A stretch of DNA of 64,000 nucleotides from NCBI GenBank assembly GCA_963669175.1, contig OY769902.1, positions 416,001-480,000 on the forward strand, given 5' to 3'. This document shows positions 38,013 to 46,872 of the stretch, piece by piece (position 1 is the stretch's first letter; each line of letters starts with the position of its first letter). Below the pieces are notes generated by a model, which had not been told where the DNA came from, ran no database searches, and saw only the letters and a list, made by a program, of their open reading frames with translations. The stretch comes from a bacterium. Lineage in GTDB: Bacteria > Electryoneota > Electryoneia > Electryoneales > Electryoneaceae. The position numbers and the translations under genes were made by a program.

Positions 38013-39353
38013 TCACTTGAATAATTGCACTCTTCTGAACTCATCCTGGTTTTCCTGATCAGGCCCTGTATACCTAAGCTCCTGCGTTTCCATACACAGT
38101 TCTAACACTTCTTGCGTGAAAATATTGTAGAATTGATCCTTGTTCTGTTCCAGAAAAGCGCCTACTTCGTCCGGAGTCATAGCTGCCTGCCTGATCGCGG
38201 CCTTTGCTTTAACCAGAAGCAGGAAACCATTCAGATCAAACCCGGTATACGTATAGTAATCGACAATAGCCTGTGCGCTTTCAAGCTGCATGGCGCCAAC
38301 GATGTTGCGTATACGGTCAAGAACACAGACATGCGCCAGTTCCATATCTTTCTGCTGCATGTATTCCGGACCGGAAAGCTCGGACAGATCCGCTATCGTA
38401 GCGTGGGATTCTGCAACAAGGTTTGCCGTAGCATTCTTCTTCCACACCAACCTTATCCAGAATGACCGGTTGTTGGCAGATTCCAGCGTATTCACAGGAA
38501 TCCATCCCTCAGTGATCAACGCTTTCCGTAAAGAGTATTCTTCAGGCGTGAGCAACGGAAGATTTTCAATAAAAGTCACCAGCTCCGGCGACGGTTCTTC
38601 CTGCACATTCAGGAGGACATCGATTACCTGCAAGCTTCGATGCAGGTACACAGTGCCATACAATGCCAGCAGCATGTAATCAGCATGCCGCCTCAGCATT
38701 CTCCCCAGCGCCAGGTCCGCACCCAGCATTTCCAGCGCCTCATCGTGATTACCACGGTCATACAATTGCACAACATGGGCTAATCGCAGGGACTGGTAGC
38801 GAAGCAAGGGCACATGTGTGGGCCAGGTTGTCAGGTTCAGAGCAATAACCGGGGTTGCATAGTTGGAATAGCTGGACAGTTTTTCATAGCGTTCTGTGAG
38901 AAATCCTGATGCCTGGTATAAAGCCTCTATTTCACCAGCACGATTCCGAATGATGTCCACTGTGCTGTCACTGGAGAAAAAGGGAATAATTACTTTAATG
39001 CTGTCAAGAATACCTGCTTGTGGCAACGGTTCAATCTGTACAAAGGCCGTATCGCCAGCGATCAACTGTCGCAGCCGGTTATTCTCCTCTTCAACCCACC
39101 GGCTTGACTGTTCAATCGGGGCCATGCCATCCGGAACGCCAAAACCATTGATCAGGAAAAAAGCATTCTGGTCCGGGGCGAGAGTAACTTCCCAAGGCTG
39201 TCCGAACCATTCCTGCGCAAGTTCTGTCTTCGATGCATCTGTAAATCCCAGGAAAGCAAATACGGCTAACAGGACAACAATAACTGTTAAAATGATAACC
39301 AGTATTTTCTTTTTCTTTGATCCCGGTGTATCCACGGCTCCGTCTGCCTGCAT
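38013..39353 (-). CDS. membrane-anchored helical hypothetical protein
   Basis: 446-aa ORF, GGGGAG SD, KKKK + TM anchor; no family recognised. Confidence 0.7.
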   Translation of the reverse strand: MQADGAVDTPGSKKKKILVIILTVIVVLLAVFAFLGFTDASKTELAQEWFGQPWEVTLAPDQNAFFLINGFGVPDGMAPIEQSSRWVEEENNRLRQLIAGDTAFVQIEPLPQAGILDSIKVIIPFFSSDSTVDIIRNRAGEIEALYQASGFLTERYEKLSSYSNYATPVIALNLTTWPTHVPLLRYQSLRLAHVVQLYDRGNHDEALEMLGADLALGRMLRRHADYMLLALYGTVYLHRSLQVIDVLLNVQEEPSPELVTFIENLPLLTPEEYSLRKALITEGWIPVNTLESANNRSFWIRLVWKKNATANLVAESHATIADLSELSGPEYMQQKDMELAHVCVLDRIRNIVGAMQLESAQAIVDYYTYTGFDLNGFLLLVKAKAAIRQAAMTPDEVGAFLEQNKDQFYNIFTQEVLELCMETQELRYTGPDQENQDEFRRVQLFK

Positions 39354-39415
39354 CGCTCTCCCCCTTCATGATGTCGGGAATTACCGGTCAATGACACTAT
39401 TTCATCTGTTAAGAG

Positions 39416-39446
39416 CAAAACAGCCCGAACCAGTGTCCGGGCTGTC
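39416..39446 (-). terminator. intrinsic terminator downstream of tnaA
   Basis: acagcccg-aaccagtgtc-cgggctgt preceded by aaaa on the + strand. Confidence 0.6.
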
Positions 39447-39471
39447 AGAATGTATCAGGTTTGCTACAAAA

Positions 39472-40860
39472 TCAACCTTCAATCCACTCGAACCGTGCCC
39501 GGAAATGACGCAGCACATTCGGCTCATAGGTGAACCGCAATCCCTTGATCGTCTCTCTGCGGTTGTACAGGTTGATCAGGCTTTGGCGTACATAAGCAAG
39601 ATGATTGTCCGTATAAACACGACGTGGAATTGTAAGACGCATCAATTCCAATGCCGGAGGACGGTTTTTTCCGGTATCAGGATCACGATCTGCCAACACG
39701 GTCCCGATCTCCACCGCACGCACACCGCTTTCAAGGTACAATTCACATACTAATGCCTGGGCCGGGAATTGTTCCTGATCAATGTTTGGCAGAAAACGCT
39801 TCGCATCAACATATATTGCGTGGCCTCCCGGCGGACGCATAATGGGGATGCCTGCTTCTGAAAGGGAATCGCCGAAACGCTTGATCTGGCCGATTCGAGC
39901 CGTAAGGTACGCCTCATCGCATCCTTCGACCAGCCCCGTAGCCAACGCTTCCATATCCCGCCCGGAAAGACCACCATAGGTGATGTAGCCTTCGAAAAGG
40001 ATATTCATTTCACAGCAACGGTCATACAGATCCTTGTCACGAAGCGCAATAAAGCCGCCAATATTTACAATAGCGTCTTTCTTGGCGCTCATCGTGCAGC
40101 CATCTGCAGCAGCGAATACGTCCCGCACGATCTGGCGAATGCTGCGGTTCTTCTGGCTGGGTTCACGATGTTTGATGAACCAGGCGTTCTCTGCAAAACG
40201 CGCTGCATCAATAAACAACCGCAAGCCATGCGCCCTACAGAAAGCGGATACTTCCTGGATATTCTCCAGGCTGACCGGCTGCCCGCCACCACTGTTGTTG
40301 GTTACTGTGATCAGTACAAAGGGGATGCGCGACTTGTCGTGTTCCGATACAACCTTAGCCAACTTGTCCAAATCAACATTACCCTTGAAGGGATATTCGA
40401 GGGCAGGATCAAAGCATTCATTGATCGTACAGTCGATCGCATGAGCTCTGCGGAACTCGATGTGGGCCTTGGTGGTATCAAAATGGCTGTTACCCGGAAT
40501 AACATCACCCTCACGGATCATGACGGAATGCAGCACATTCTCTGCCGCGCGACCCTGGTGAGTTGGCAGTACATAGGGGAAGCCCATCACATCCCCGACT
40601 GCGTCTTTCAACCTGAAAAAAGAAGGACTGCCGGCATAACTCTCATCGCCTTCCATGATAGAAGCCCATTGAGATTCACTCATGGCTCCTGTCCCGGAAT
40701 CGGTCAACAGATCGATAAAGACTTTTTCCGATGGAATGTTGAAAACGTTTAAGCCAGCTTCGGCAAGCACCCTTTCACGTTCCTCCCGATCAATCAATTT
40801 GATCGGCTCGACCATTTTGATCTTGAACGGTTCAGGTGTAGGTGAACATGTAGGAGTCAT
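39472..40860 (-). CDS. tnaA: tryptophanase (beta-eliminating lyase)
   Basis: PEPFKIKMVE, DLLTDSGT, GDESYAGS, THQGRAAE, MSAKKD (PLP Lys), RLTIPRRVYT; LRHF and SAKKD favour TnaA over tyrosine phenol-lyase. Confidence 0.85.
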   Translation of the reverse strand: MTPTCSPTPEPFKIKMVEPIKLIDREERERVLAEAGLNVFNIPSEKVFIDLLTDSGTGAMSESQWASIMEGDESYAGSPSFFRLKDAVGDVMGFPYVLPTHQGRAAENVLHSVMIREGDVIPGNSHFDTTKAHIEFRRAHAIDCTINECFDPALEYPFKGNVDLDKLAKVVSEHDKSRIPFVLITVTNNSGGGQPVSLENIQEVSAFCRAHGLRLFIDAARFAENAWFIKHREPSQKNRSIRQIVRDVFAAADGCTMSAKKDAIVNIGGFIALRDKDLYDRCCEMNILFEGYITYGGLSGRDMEALATGLVEGCDEAYLTARIGQIKRFGDSLSEAGIPIMRPPGGHAIYVDAKRFLPNIDQEQFPAQALVCELYLESGVRAVEIGTVLADRDPDTGKNRPPALELMRLTIPRRVYTDNHLAYVRQSLINLYNRRETIKGLRFTYEPNVLRHFRARFEWIEG

Positions 40861-41144
40861 GGTGCCTTTTCGTATCTTTGCTCTCTTTATCACAAACTTA
40901 TCGAAAGGCTGGCAAGCTGTGAGAGAGCATGTGGGAATCAGGGTTTGCCGGGGAGACTGCAAGAAAAATCCTGATGTTGACTCTTTTACCTCCCCAGATA
41001 AGAAGATAGTGAGAAGCATACGAACGGTCAAGGTAGGGAAACAGGATTAGTCCCGCTTGAAATGCCATACTAACAAAATCCTAACATTAAAAAATAAAGT
41101 ATGTTGCATGGAATTTTCGCTCGAACAGAATCTGTTGACGGGTA

Positions 41145-41173
41145 TAGACTTATCGCATCAAGAGGTATACATT
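41145..41173 (+). promoter_or_regulatory. putative sigma70 promoter
   Basis: TAGACT-17 bp-TACATT about 60 bp upstream of the 41235 start. Confidence 0.45.
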
Positions 41174-41234
41174 GTCACTTGCTCACAATCGAAGTATCAT
41201 GTATCTTCGAAGGAAAACCAAGGGGAGGTTCTGC

Positions 41235-41696
41235 ATGAGCGAACTTACTGATCCCAAACGCTGGGAAGATGCTGAATTTGAATGGGAAGCAAAAACCTTT
41301 TACACGATTCCCATGAATGTTCTTTTTGGCAAGCCAACAAAATTGTTCGAAAATGTTCAACAGTTGCGCGCCGAGATTGATTCCAAAGGATATATAATTA
41401 AACCCGAATCCATGCTGTTGATGGAAGTCGAATTTCTCAAGGGCAAGCTGCATATTGAGATCCAGAAACCGCGTGAGTACGATGCCAATGTAAGCACCCT
41501 GGAGAAAAGTAAACTGTTTTCGGCTGTGCATGAAGGTCCGATCAAGACCATCAAGAATACAGCCAAAGCGCTCCAGTCAAAGGTGCAAGGCGCCAAAGGT
41601 GTAGCGCCTACTACGACGTATTACTGGGACTTTCGTCACGGTCCGGACTTTGCCGGGCAACGTGCAGACCGATTTATCGTGTTCTGTAGAGTATAA
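41235..41696 (+). CDS. hypothetical protein, GyrI-like small-molecule-binding fold suspected
   Basis: GGGGAGG SD; DP..W....FEW..K.F and SAVHEGP motifs. Confidence 0.6.
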   Translation: MSELTDPKRWEDAEFEWEAKTFYTIPMNVLFGKPTKLFENVQQLRAEIDSKGYIIKPESMLLMEVEFLKGKLHIEIQKPREYDANVSTLEKSKLFSAVHEGPIKTIKNTAKALQSKVQGAKGVAPTTTYYWDFRHGPDFAGQRADRFIVFCRV

Positions 41697-41722
41697 AAAA
41701 ATTGTTTCCGTTAGCGTTTTCA

Positions 41723-41752
41723 TAGGCCGGTTATTAAAAACCGGCCTGTTTT
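41723..41752 (+). terminator. intrinsic terminator
   Basis: aggccggtt-attaaa-aaccggcct followed by gtttt. Confidence 0.6.
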
Positions 41753-41768
41753 GTCCAGGGGAGGTTGT

Positions 41769-42401
41769 ATGGATGTGTATACTTTCGCTGACAAACAAAT
41801 TGACTGGTTAGGGCATGCCAGTTTCCGTATCCGTGGTTCCAAGACCATCTACATTGATCCCTGGAAACTGGACAACGCCACCAGGGATGGTGATGTCGTT
41901 ATGAGTACCCATTTCCACTACGATCATTACAATGCCGATGATATAAAGAAATGCCTTGCCCCTGGTGGAACTTTACTGCTTCCCGTAGCGGATGGCGGGA
42001 GGGAATTCCCCGATGCACACCGTCTTGCGGCCGGTGAGTTTTTCAAAGAAGACGGAATCGTTGTGCAGGCTATACCTTCTTATAATACCAACAAGAAATT
42101 TCATCCCCAGGAACATGGCGGACTGGGCTATATTGTGGAAGTCGATGGCATCCGTATTTATCACGCCGGTGACACGGACGTCATTGGAGAAATGAAAATG
42201 GTCACTTGCGACATAGTGTTGCTTCCTGTATCCGGAACGTACGTGATGACAGCAGACGAGGCGGTTGAGGCTTTGCGCCTGATCAATCCCGTCACCGCAA
42301 TCCCCATGCACTGGGGAGATATTGTCGGTGAAGAGGAAGACGCCCGGAAATTTGCCGCCTCGGCGCCATGCAAGGTTATCATCAAGGATAACCCTCGATA
42401 A
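41769..42401 (+). CDS. MBL-fold metallo-hydrolase
   Basis: WLGHASF, IYIDP, THFHYDH, YHAGDT, AIPMHWG. Confidence 0.92.
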   Translation: MDVYTFADKQIDWLGHASFRIRGSKTIYIDPWKLDNATRDGDVVMSTHFHYDHYNADDIKKCLAPGGTLLLPVADGGREFPDAHRLAAGEFFKEDGIVVQAIPSYNTNKKFHPQEHGGLGYIVEVDGIRIYHAGDTDVIGEMKMVTCDIVLLPVSGTYVMTADEAVEALRLINPVTAIPMHWGDIVGEEEDARKFAASAPCKVIIKDNPR

Positions 42402-42428
42402 AGCTACACATGAATCGATGGAGACAGG

Positions 42429-43163
42429 ATGACAAAGGTTGTTGGCGTAATCCCGGCACGATTTGCTTCCACTCGTTTTCCGGTAAAAATGCTGGCCGAT
42501 CTTGCCGGCAAAGCTCTCGTAGTTCGTACCTGGGAAAATGCCTGCCGCACGAAAACACTGGATGAGGTTCTGGTTGCTACAGACGATGACCGGATTGCGG
42601 ATGTGATCACGCAGGCTGGTGGAAAGGCTGTCATGACCTCACCGGATCTCCCCTCCGGCAGCGACCGTGTCCTGGCAGCTCTTGAAGGCATCCCTGCGGA
42701 TATCATCGCCAATATACAGGGTGACGAGCCCCTGCTCCCGCCAGGAACCATTGATAACGCCGTTCGCCTTCTGTTCGACAATCAGCATTTCCAGGTAACG
42801 ACCGCCGCTGTTCCCCTGGAACCGGATCGGTTGCAAGATCCCAATGCGGTCAAAGTAGTTGTGGATAAGACTGGCCGCGCTTTGTATTTCTCGCGAAGCA
42901 TGATCCCCTTTGCGCGTGAAGGAAATCCACCCCTTCATCTCTACCGTAGACACATCGGGCTGTATGTGTATAGAAGAGACGCGCTGGCCTCCTTCTGTTC
43001 ATGGCCGCAATCCGAACTCGAACAATGCGAAAAACTGGAACAGCTTCGTTTGCTGGAACATGGCGTGTCTATTGGTGTTCTGGATATTCCGGAAGCGCCT
43101 CCGGGGGTGGATACTGTGGAGGACCTGGAGCAGGTAAAAGCTATCTTTGCCCGGCAAGCCTGA
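42429..43163 (+). CDS. kdsB: 3-deoxy-manno-octulosonate cytidylyltransferase
   Basis: IPARFASTRFP.K, SGSDR, NIQGDEP, ALYFSRS.IP, HIGLYVY, EKLEQLR.LE.G, GVDT.EDL. Confidence 0.96.
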   Translation: MTKVVGVIPARFASTRFPVKMLADLAGKALVVRTWENACRTKTLDEVLVATDDDRIADVITQAGGKAVMTSPDLPSGSDRVLAALEGIPADIIANIQGDEPLLPPGTIDNAVRLLFDNQHFQVTTAAVPLEPDRLQDPNAVKVVVDKTGRALYFSRSMIPFAREGNPPLHLYRRHIGLYVYRRDALASFCSWPQSELEQCEKLEQLRLLEHGVSIGVLDIPEAPPGVDTVEDLEQVKAIFARQA

Positions 43164-43174
43164 CAGGAGGGACA

Positions 43175-43660
43175 ATGTCAAACCTTTTATCGAAGAGCAT
43201 GGAAATTGCGCTGCAACGTGAAGCAGCAAATGTAACTGCCGCCAAAGCCCTGGAAGGCCTGAACCTCAGCCTGGCAGGCGCGAAGATTCCAGGCTCACCG
43301 CACACCATCTGGCAATTGATCAAACACCTTGTTTTCTGGCATGACCTGATGCTGGATTACGCCGAAGAAAAACCTGTCGCATTCCCGGAAACACCTGAAC
43401 CCGGATGGGATTTCCCGGAAGCGCCTGAAAACCAGGATGAGCTTGATGCAACCGCCACCCATTTCATCACCAGGATTGATCAGGCCGTGAAACTGGTGAA
43501 AGATGTTGAAGCATCCGGCAACCTCACGACAGATCATCCCGTCTTTGAACTGCATATGGCTGTGGGACATACAGCTTACCATCTCGGGCAGATTGTGCTG
43601 CTGCGTTCACAACTGAATGCCTGGCCACCTCCATCCGGGGGATACAAGTTTGGAGCGTAG
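43175..43660 (+). CDS. DinB-family protein
   Basis: AGGAGG SD; HTIWQLIKHL..W and HTAYHLGQI. Confidence 0.88.
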   Translation: MSNLLSKSMEIALQREAANVTAAKALEGLNLSLAGAKIPGSPHTIWQLIKHLVFWHDLMLDYAEEKPVAFPETPEPGWDFPEAPENQDELDATATHFITRIDQAVKLVKDVEASGNLTTDHPVFELHMAVGHTAYHLGQIVLLRSQLNAWPPPSGGYKFGA

Positions 43661-43889
43661 TGATTGTCCGACATATTTCGTAGCAAACAACAAGCAGCTA
43701 TCCTCTTGAAACAATTCAACATAGGCCACCGCCGGGCAACCGCCTTCGCAAGCTACGACGTGTTTCAAGCCGGCGGGGCCAAGGGGATCTTTCTCGTATT
43801 CAGAAAGGCTGAAACCTGACAGCACACAACCGAAAATAGGAGATTCGGTACGTGTTCCTGCAACCCAGGTCAGACTCGCAAGTTCGGAC

Positions 43890-43915
43890 AAAAAAAACCG
43901 GGTCTGAAACCCGGT
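43890..43915 (-). terminator. intrinsic terminator
   Basis: accgggt-ctga-aacccggt hairpin preceded by a run of A on the + strand. Confidence 0.65.
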
Positions 43916-43942
43916 GTGATGTCTGAAAAGTAGCGCTATACC

Positions 43943-44698
43943 TCAATCATCATCATCATCCATAAGGTCCAGCGGACTCACATAGTTCTCGAGCGCTTTC
44001 TGCGCACGCTCGGCCGCGATCTTGATCGCTTCATCCGTGTCTTCTTCCGCCACCACCATGGTTGTCATCAGGGTGACCGCAAGTTGCGGGGTCAGGTGAA
44101 TGCTGTCCAATTCGCCACGGAAGAACAGGGCGCCACGCCTGTATTCACCAACTATGCCCTCTACCCAGAGAATCTCAGCCTCGGTAGCGCCCAGGTCATG
44201 TAGACAACGTCGTACCGACTTGGTCCACATCGCCTGGTTCTCGGTATCACCGCCAGCCAGCAAAATAGCCAACCCGGTCAAGCCCTCACGAGTGATACGC
44301 CCCTCAATCTCGTAAGAAAGGCTGGTATCGATAAGAGTATTCGTCTTTTCATCCAGCAACGGCCGCCACGATTCCTGTTCAAACAAACGTAGCGCGCTCA
44401 TACGCATACGCTGGCGAGCCGGATTTCCGCTCCAGCAGGGAATCAGCTTCTCAAGGAAGCCGACAGCATGAAGCCACTCCACACCTTCCACACGCTTAGA
44501 ACAGCCAAATAATTCCCAGAACTTGTCACGCAACACTTCCGGGTTATCTATATACGGTAAATCGTCTTTCACATCTTGCGTAAACGAATCAGGAATCTCG
44601 ATCTCCTTCTTCGTTAGCTTGATAGCAAGATCAATCAGAATTCCAGGCGCTTTCTTTACTTCATCTGTCGATGGCAAACGACTAGCTGCCATGCTCAA
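43943..44698 (-). CDS. hypothetical protein resembling the helical body of CCA-adding/poly(A) polymerase-family enzymes, without the nucleotidyltransferase head
   Basis: PEVLRDKFWELF...GVEWLHAVGFLEKLIP resembles the PolyA_pol RNA-binding subdomain; acidic DDDDD tail; start may be ATG 44692. Confidence 0.5.
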   Translation of the reverse strand: MSMAASRLPSTDEVKKAPGILIDLAIKLTKKEIEIPDSFTQDVKDDLPYIDNPEVLRDKFWELFGCSKRVEGVEWLHAVGFLEKLIPCWSGNPARQRMRMSALRLFEQESWRPLLDEKTNTLIDTSLSYEIEGRITREGLTGLAILLAGGDTENQAMWTKSVRRCLHDLGATEAEILWVEGIVGEYRRGALFFRGELDSIHLTPQLAVTLMTTMVVAEEDTDEAIKIAAERAQKALENYVSPLDLMDDDDD

Positions 44699-44830
44699 CT
44701 CCTTGGTTTAACGTACACTAGCATCCCGACCCATATTATTAGGTACTCCTAATACTAAATCTCACTCCGCATTGTGAAAGATAGTACAAAGGGGGTTCCG
44801 GGACACGAAAAAAACAAAAAAAGTAAAAAA

Positions 44831-44860
44831 AATCATGGAGACAAATTCTCCATGAGATTT
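44831..44860 (-). terminator. intrinsic terminator after glmS
   Basis: tcatggaga-caaat-tctccatga hairpin with long A runs on its left on the + strand. Confidence 0.65.
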
Positions 44861-44900
44861 AATTCTAAACCGTTAATACACAAACAGTAAACAGGCTAAA

Positions 44901-46727
44901 TTATTCAACAGTAACCGATTTTGCCAAGTTTCTTGGCTTGTCAACGTCCCACCCCAATAAATCGGCGACATAGTATGCCAGGATCTGCAGAGGAATCACG
45001 TTCAGTAACGGCGTCAGTATCGGGTGACACTGCGGCACTCGAATCACATAATCTGCAAGTTTGTCGATACGATCATCATCCTCGTTTACGATGACAATCA
45101 CACGTCCCTCTCGCGAGCGCACTTCCTCAATATTGGAGATCACCTTGGAGTAGGTCTGGTCACGTGTAGCGACGAACACCACCGGCATGAGACGGTCAAT
45201 CAGGGCAATCGGGCCATGTTTCATTTCGGCTGCCGGATACCCCTCAGCATGGATATAGCTGATTTCCTTTAGCTTCAGCGCACCTTCCATGGCGACCGGG
45301 TAGTTCTGCCCACGAGCCAGGTAAAGGAAGTTGGATGAACGAGAGAATATCTTGGCAATATCCAGAATATCAGTGGTGTCCTTCAGGATTGCGGCCACTT
45401 TTTTGGGAATGGAAATCAGGTCGCCCAGGATCTCTTTCCCATCACCTTTTGTAAAACCACGCTGACGCGCCAGCAGCACTCCCAGCATGGCAAGAACAGT
45501 CACCTGGCTGGTAAAGGCCTTGGTCGAAGCCACCCCGATTTCCGGCCCGGCATGCAGGTATACGCCACCGTCAGACTCGCGAGCGATGGTAGACCCAACC
45601 GTGTTCACGATACCTAATCCCAGCGCGCCACGTTTCTGCGCTTCACGCAGGGCAGCGAGGGTATCAATGGTTTCACCGGACTGGCTGATGGCAAAAGCAA
45701 CCGTATTCGGCGGGATCACCGGGTTGCGATACCGGAACTCCGACGCATACTCCACAAGCACCGGAATCCGTGCCCAATCCTCTATCAGGTACCTGCCGAC
45801 CAGGCCGGCATGGTAAGACGTTCCGCAGGCCAGGAACAGAATTCGTTCCGCTTTCTTCAGCTCTTCAAGATGCGCGGTCAGGCCGCCGAGCCGCACTTCA
45901 CCTTTATCCAGGAGAATTCGCCCACGCATGGTGTCTTCCATGGTAATGGGCTGCTCCATGATCTCTTTCAGCATGAAATGCTTGTATCCGCCCTTTTCGA
46001 TCTGCTCCATGGAGAAGTCGATCCGGGTCGAGACGCGCTTGATTTCGGATTCGTCATGGTCAAGATGATGGAAGTGGTCCGTTGTCACGGTGCCGGCTTC
46101 GCCGTCTTCCAGGAAGATCACGTCGCGCGTGTGTTCCACGATCGCGGCGAGGTCGGAAGCAATAAAGTATTCATCATCCCCAACCCCGACAACCAGCGGG
46201 CTGCCCATCCGGGCTACGACAATACGGTCGGGTTCATCTTCATGGAGAACCGCGATGCCATAGGTGCCTTCTATACGTTTCAGCGCACGCAACACCGCCG
46301 CTTCCAGGTCCCCGTCATAGAACATCTCGATGAGGTTGACCAGCGTCTCGGTGTCGGTGTCAGTCTTGAACTCAAAACCTTTTTGCTGCAGTGCGGTTTT
46401 GATTTCTGTATAATTTTCGATGATGCCGTTGTGAATCAGGGCAATTTTGCCGTTGTTGCTGATATGCGGATGAGCATTACGTGTGTTCGGGGAGCCATGT
46501 GTCGCCCACCGGGTATGACCGATACCGATGGTCGAACTCAGTTGTTTTCCTTCGAGACTGTCTTCCAGCTCTTTTATTTTTCCCTTCTTCTTGTACAGCT
46601 TGAGCTTGTCGTCCTGGATAAGAGCCAGTCCGGCAGAATCATACCCACGGTATTCCATGCGTTTCAGGCCATTGATAAGAAGCGGTTTGGCTTCACGATG
46701 ACCTACATATCCTATTATCCCACACAC
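44901..46727 (-). CDS. glmS: glutamine--fructose-6-phosphate transaminase (isomerizing)
   Basis: (M)CGIIGY at GTG 46727, EYRGYDSAG, GHTRWATHG, HNGIIEN, SQSGET, ASTKAFT, EMKHGP, PRNLAKSVTVE. Confidence 0.98.
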   Translation of the reverse strand: MCGIIGYVGHREAKPLLINGLKRMEYRGYDSAGLALIQDDKLKLYKKKGKIKELEDSLEGKQLSSTIGIGHTRWATHGSPNTRNAHPHISNNGKIALIHNGIIENYTEIKTALQQKGFEFKTDTDTETLVNLIEMFYDGDLEAAVLRALKRIEGTYGIAVLHEDEPDRIVVARMGSPLVVGVGDDEYFIASDLAAIVEHTRDVIFLEDGEAGTVTTDHFHHLDHDESEIKRVSTRIDFSMEQIEKGGYKHFMLKEIMEQPITMEDTMRGRILLDKGEVRLGGLTAHLEELKKAERILFLACGTSYHAGLVGRYLIEDWARIPVLVEYASEFRYRNPVIPPNTVAFAISQSGETIDTLAALREAQKRGALGLGIVNTVGSTIARESDGGVYLHAGPEIGVASTKAFTSQVTVLAMLGVLLARQRGFTKGDGKEILGDLISIPKKVAAILKDTTDILDIAKIFSRSSNFLYLARGQNYPVAMEGALKLKEISYIHAEGYPAAEMKHGPIALIDRLMPVVFVATRDQTYSKVISNIEEVRSREGRVIVIVNEDDDRIDKLADYVIRVPQCHPILTPLLNVIPLQILAYYVADLLGWDVDKPRNLAKSVTVE

Positions 46728-46872
46728 AGGCGTTTTCCTTGCAAAAAAATCAACTGTTTCCAATCAGGGCAAATCGACCTCGGCAATATACAAAGCCCGG
46801 CCTCGCAATCAAATTAAGTACACCGGAAAAAGGCTTTTTATGGTGACCCTACGCACAGCTTTTCTCTCCCGC

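Noticed and set aside
40861-41230. tnaC-like leader peptide
   Set aside because: No short Trp-containing ORF with the W..D...P pattern recognised; the 5' ORF extension to 41031 is probably not translated
43001-43174. N-terminal extension of the DinB ORF overlapping kdsB
   Set aside because: A strong AGGAGG SD precedes ATG 43175; the extension is an alternative frame of kdsB
46728-46872. glmS ribozyme
   Set aside because: The gap is short and no ribozyme core consensus is visible
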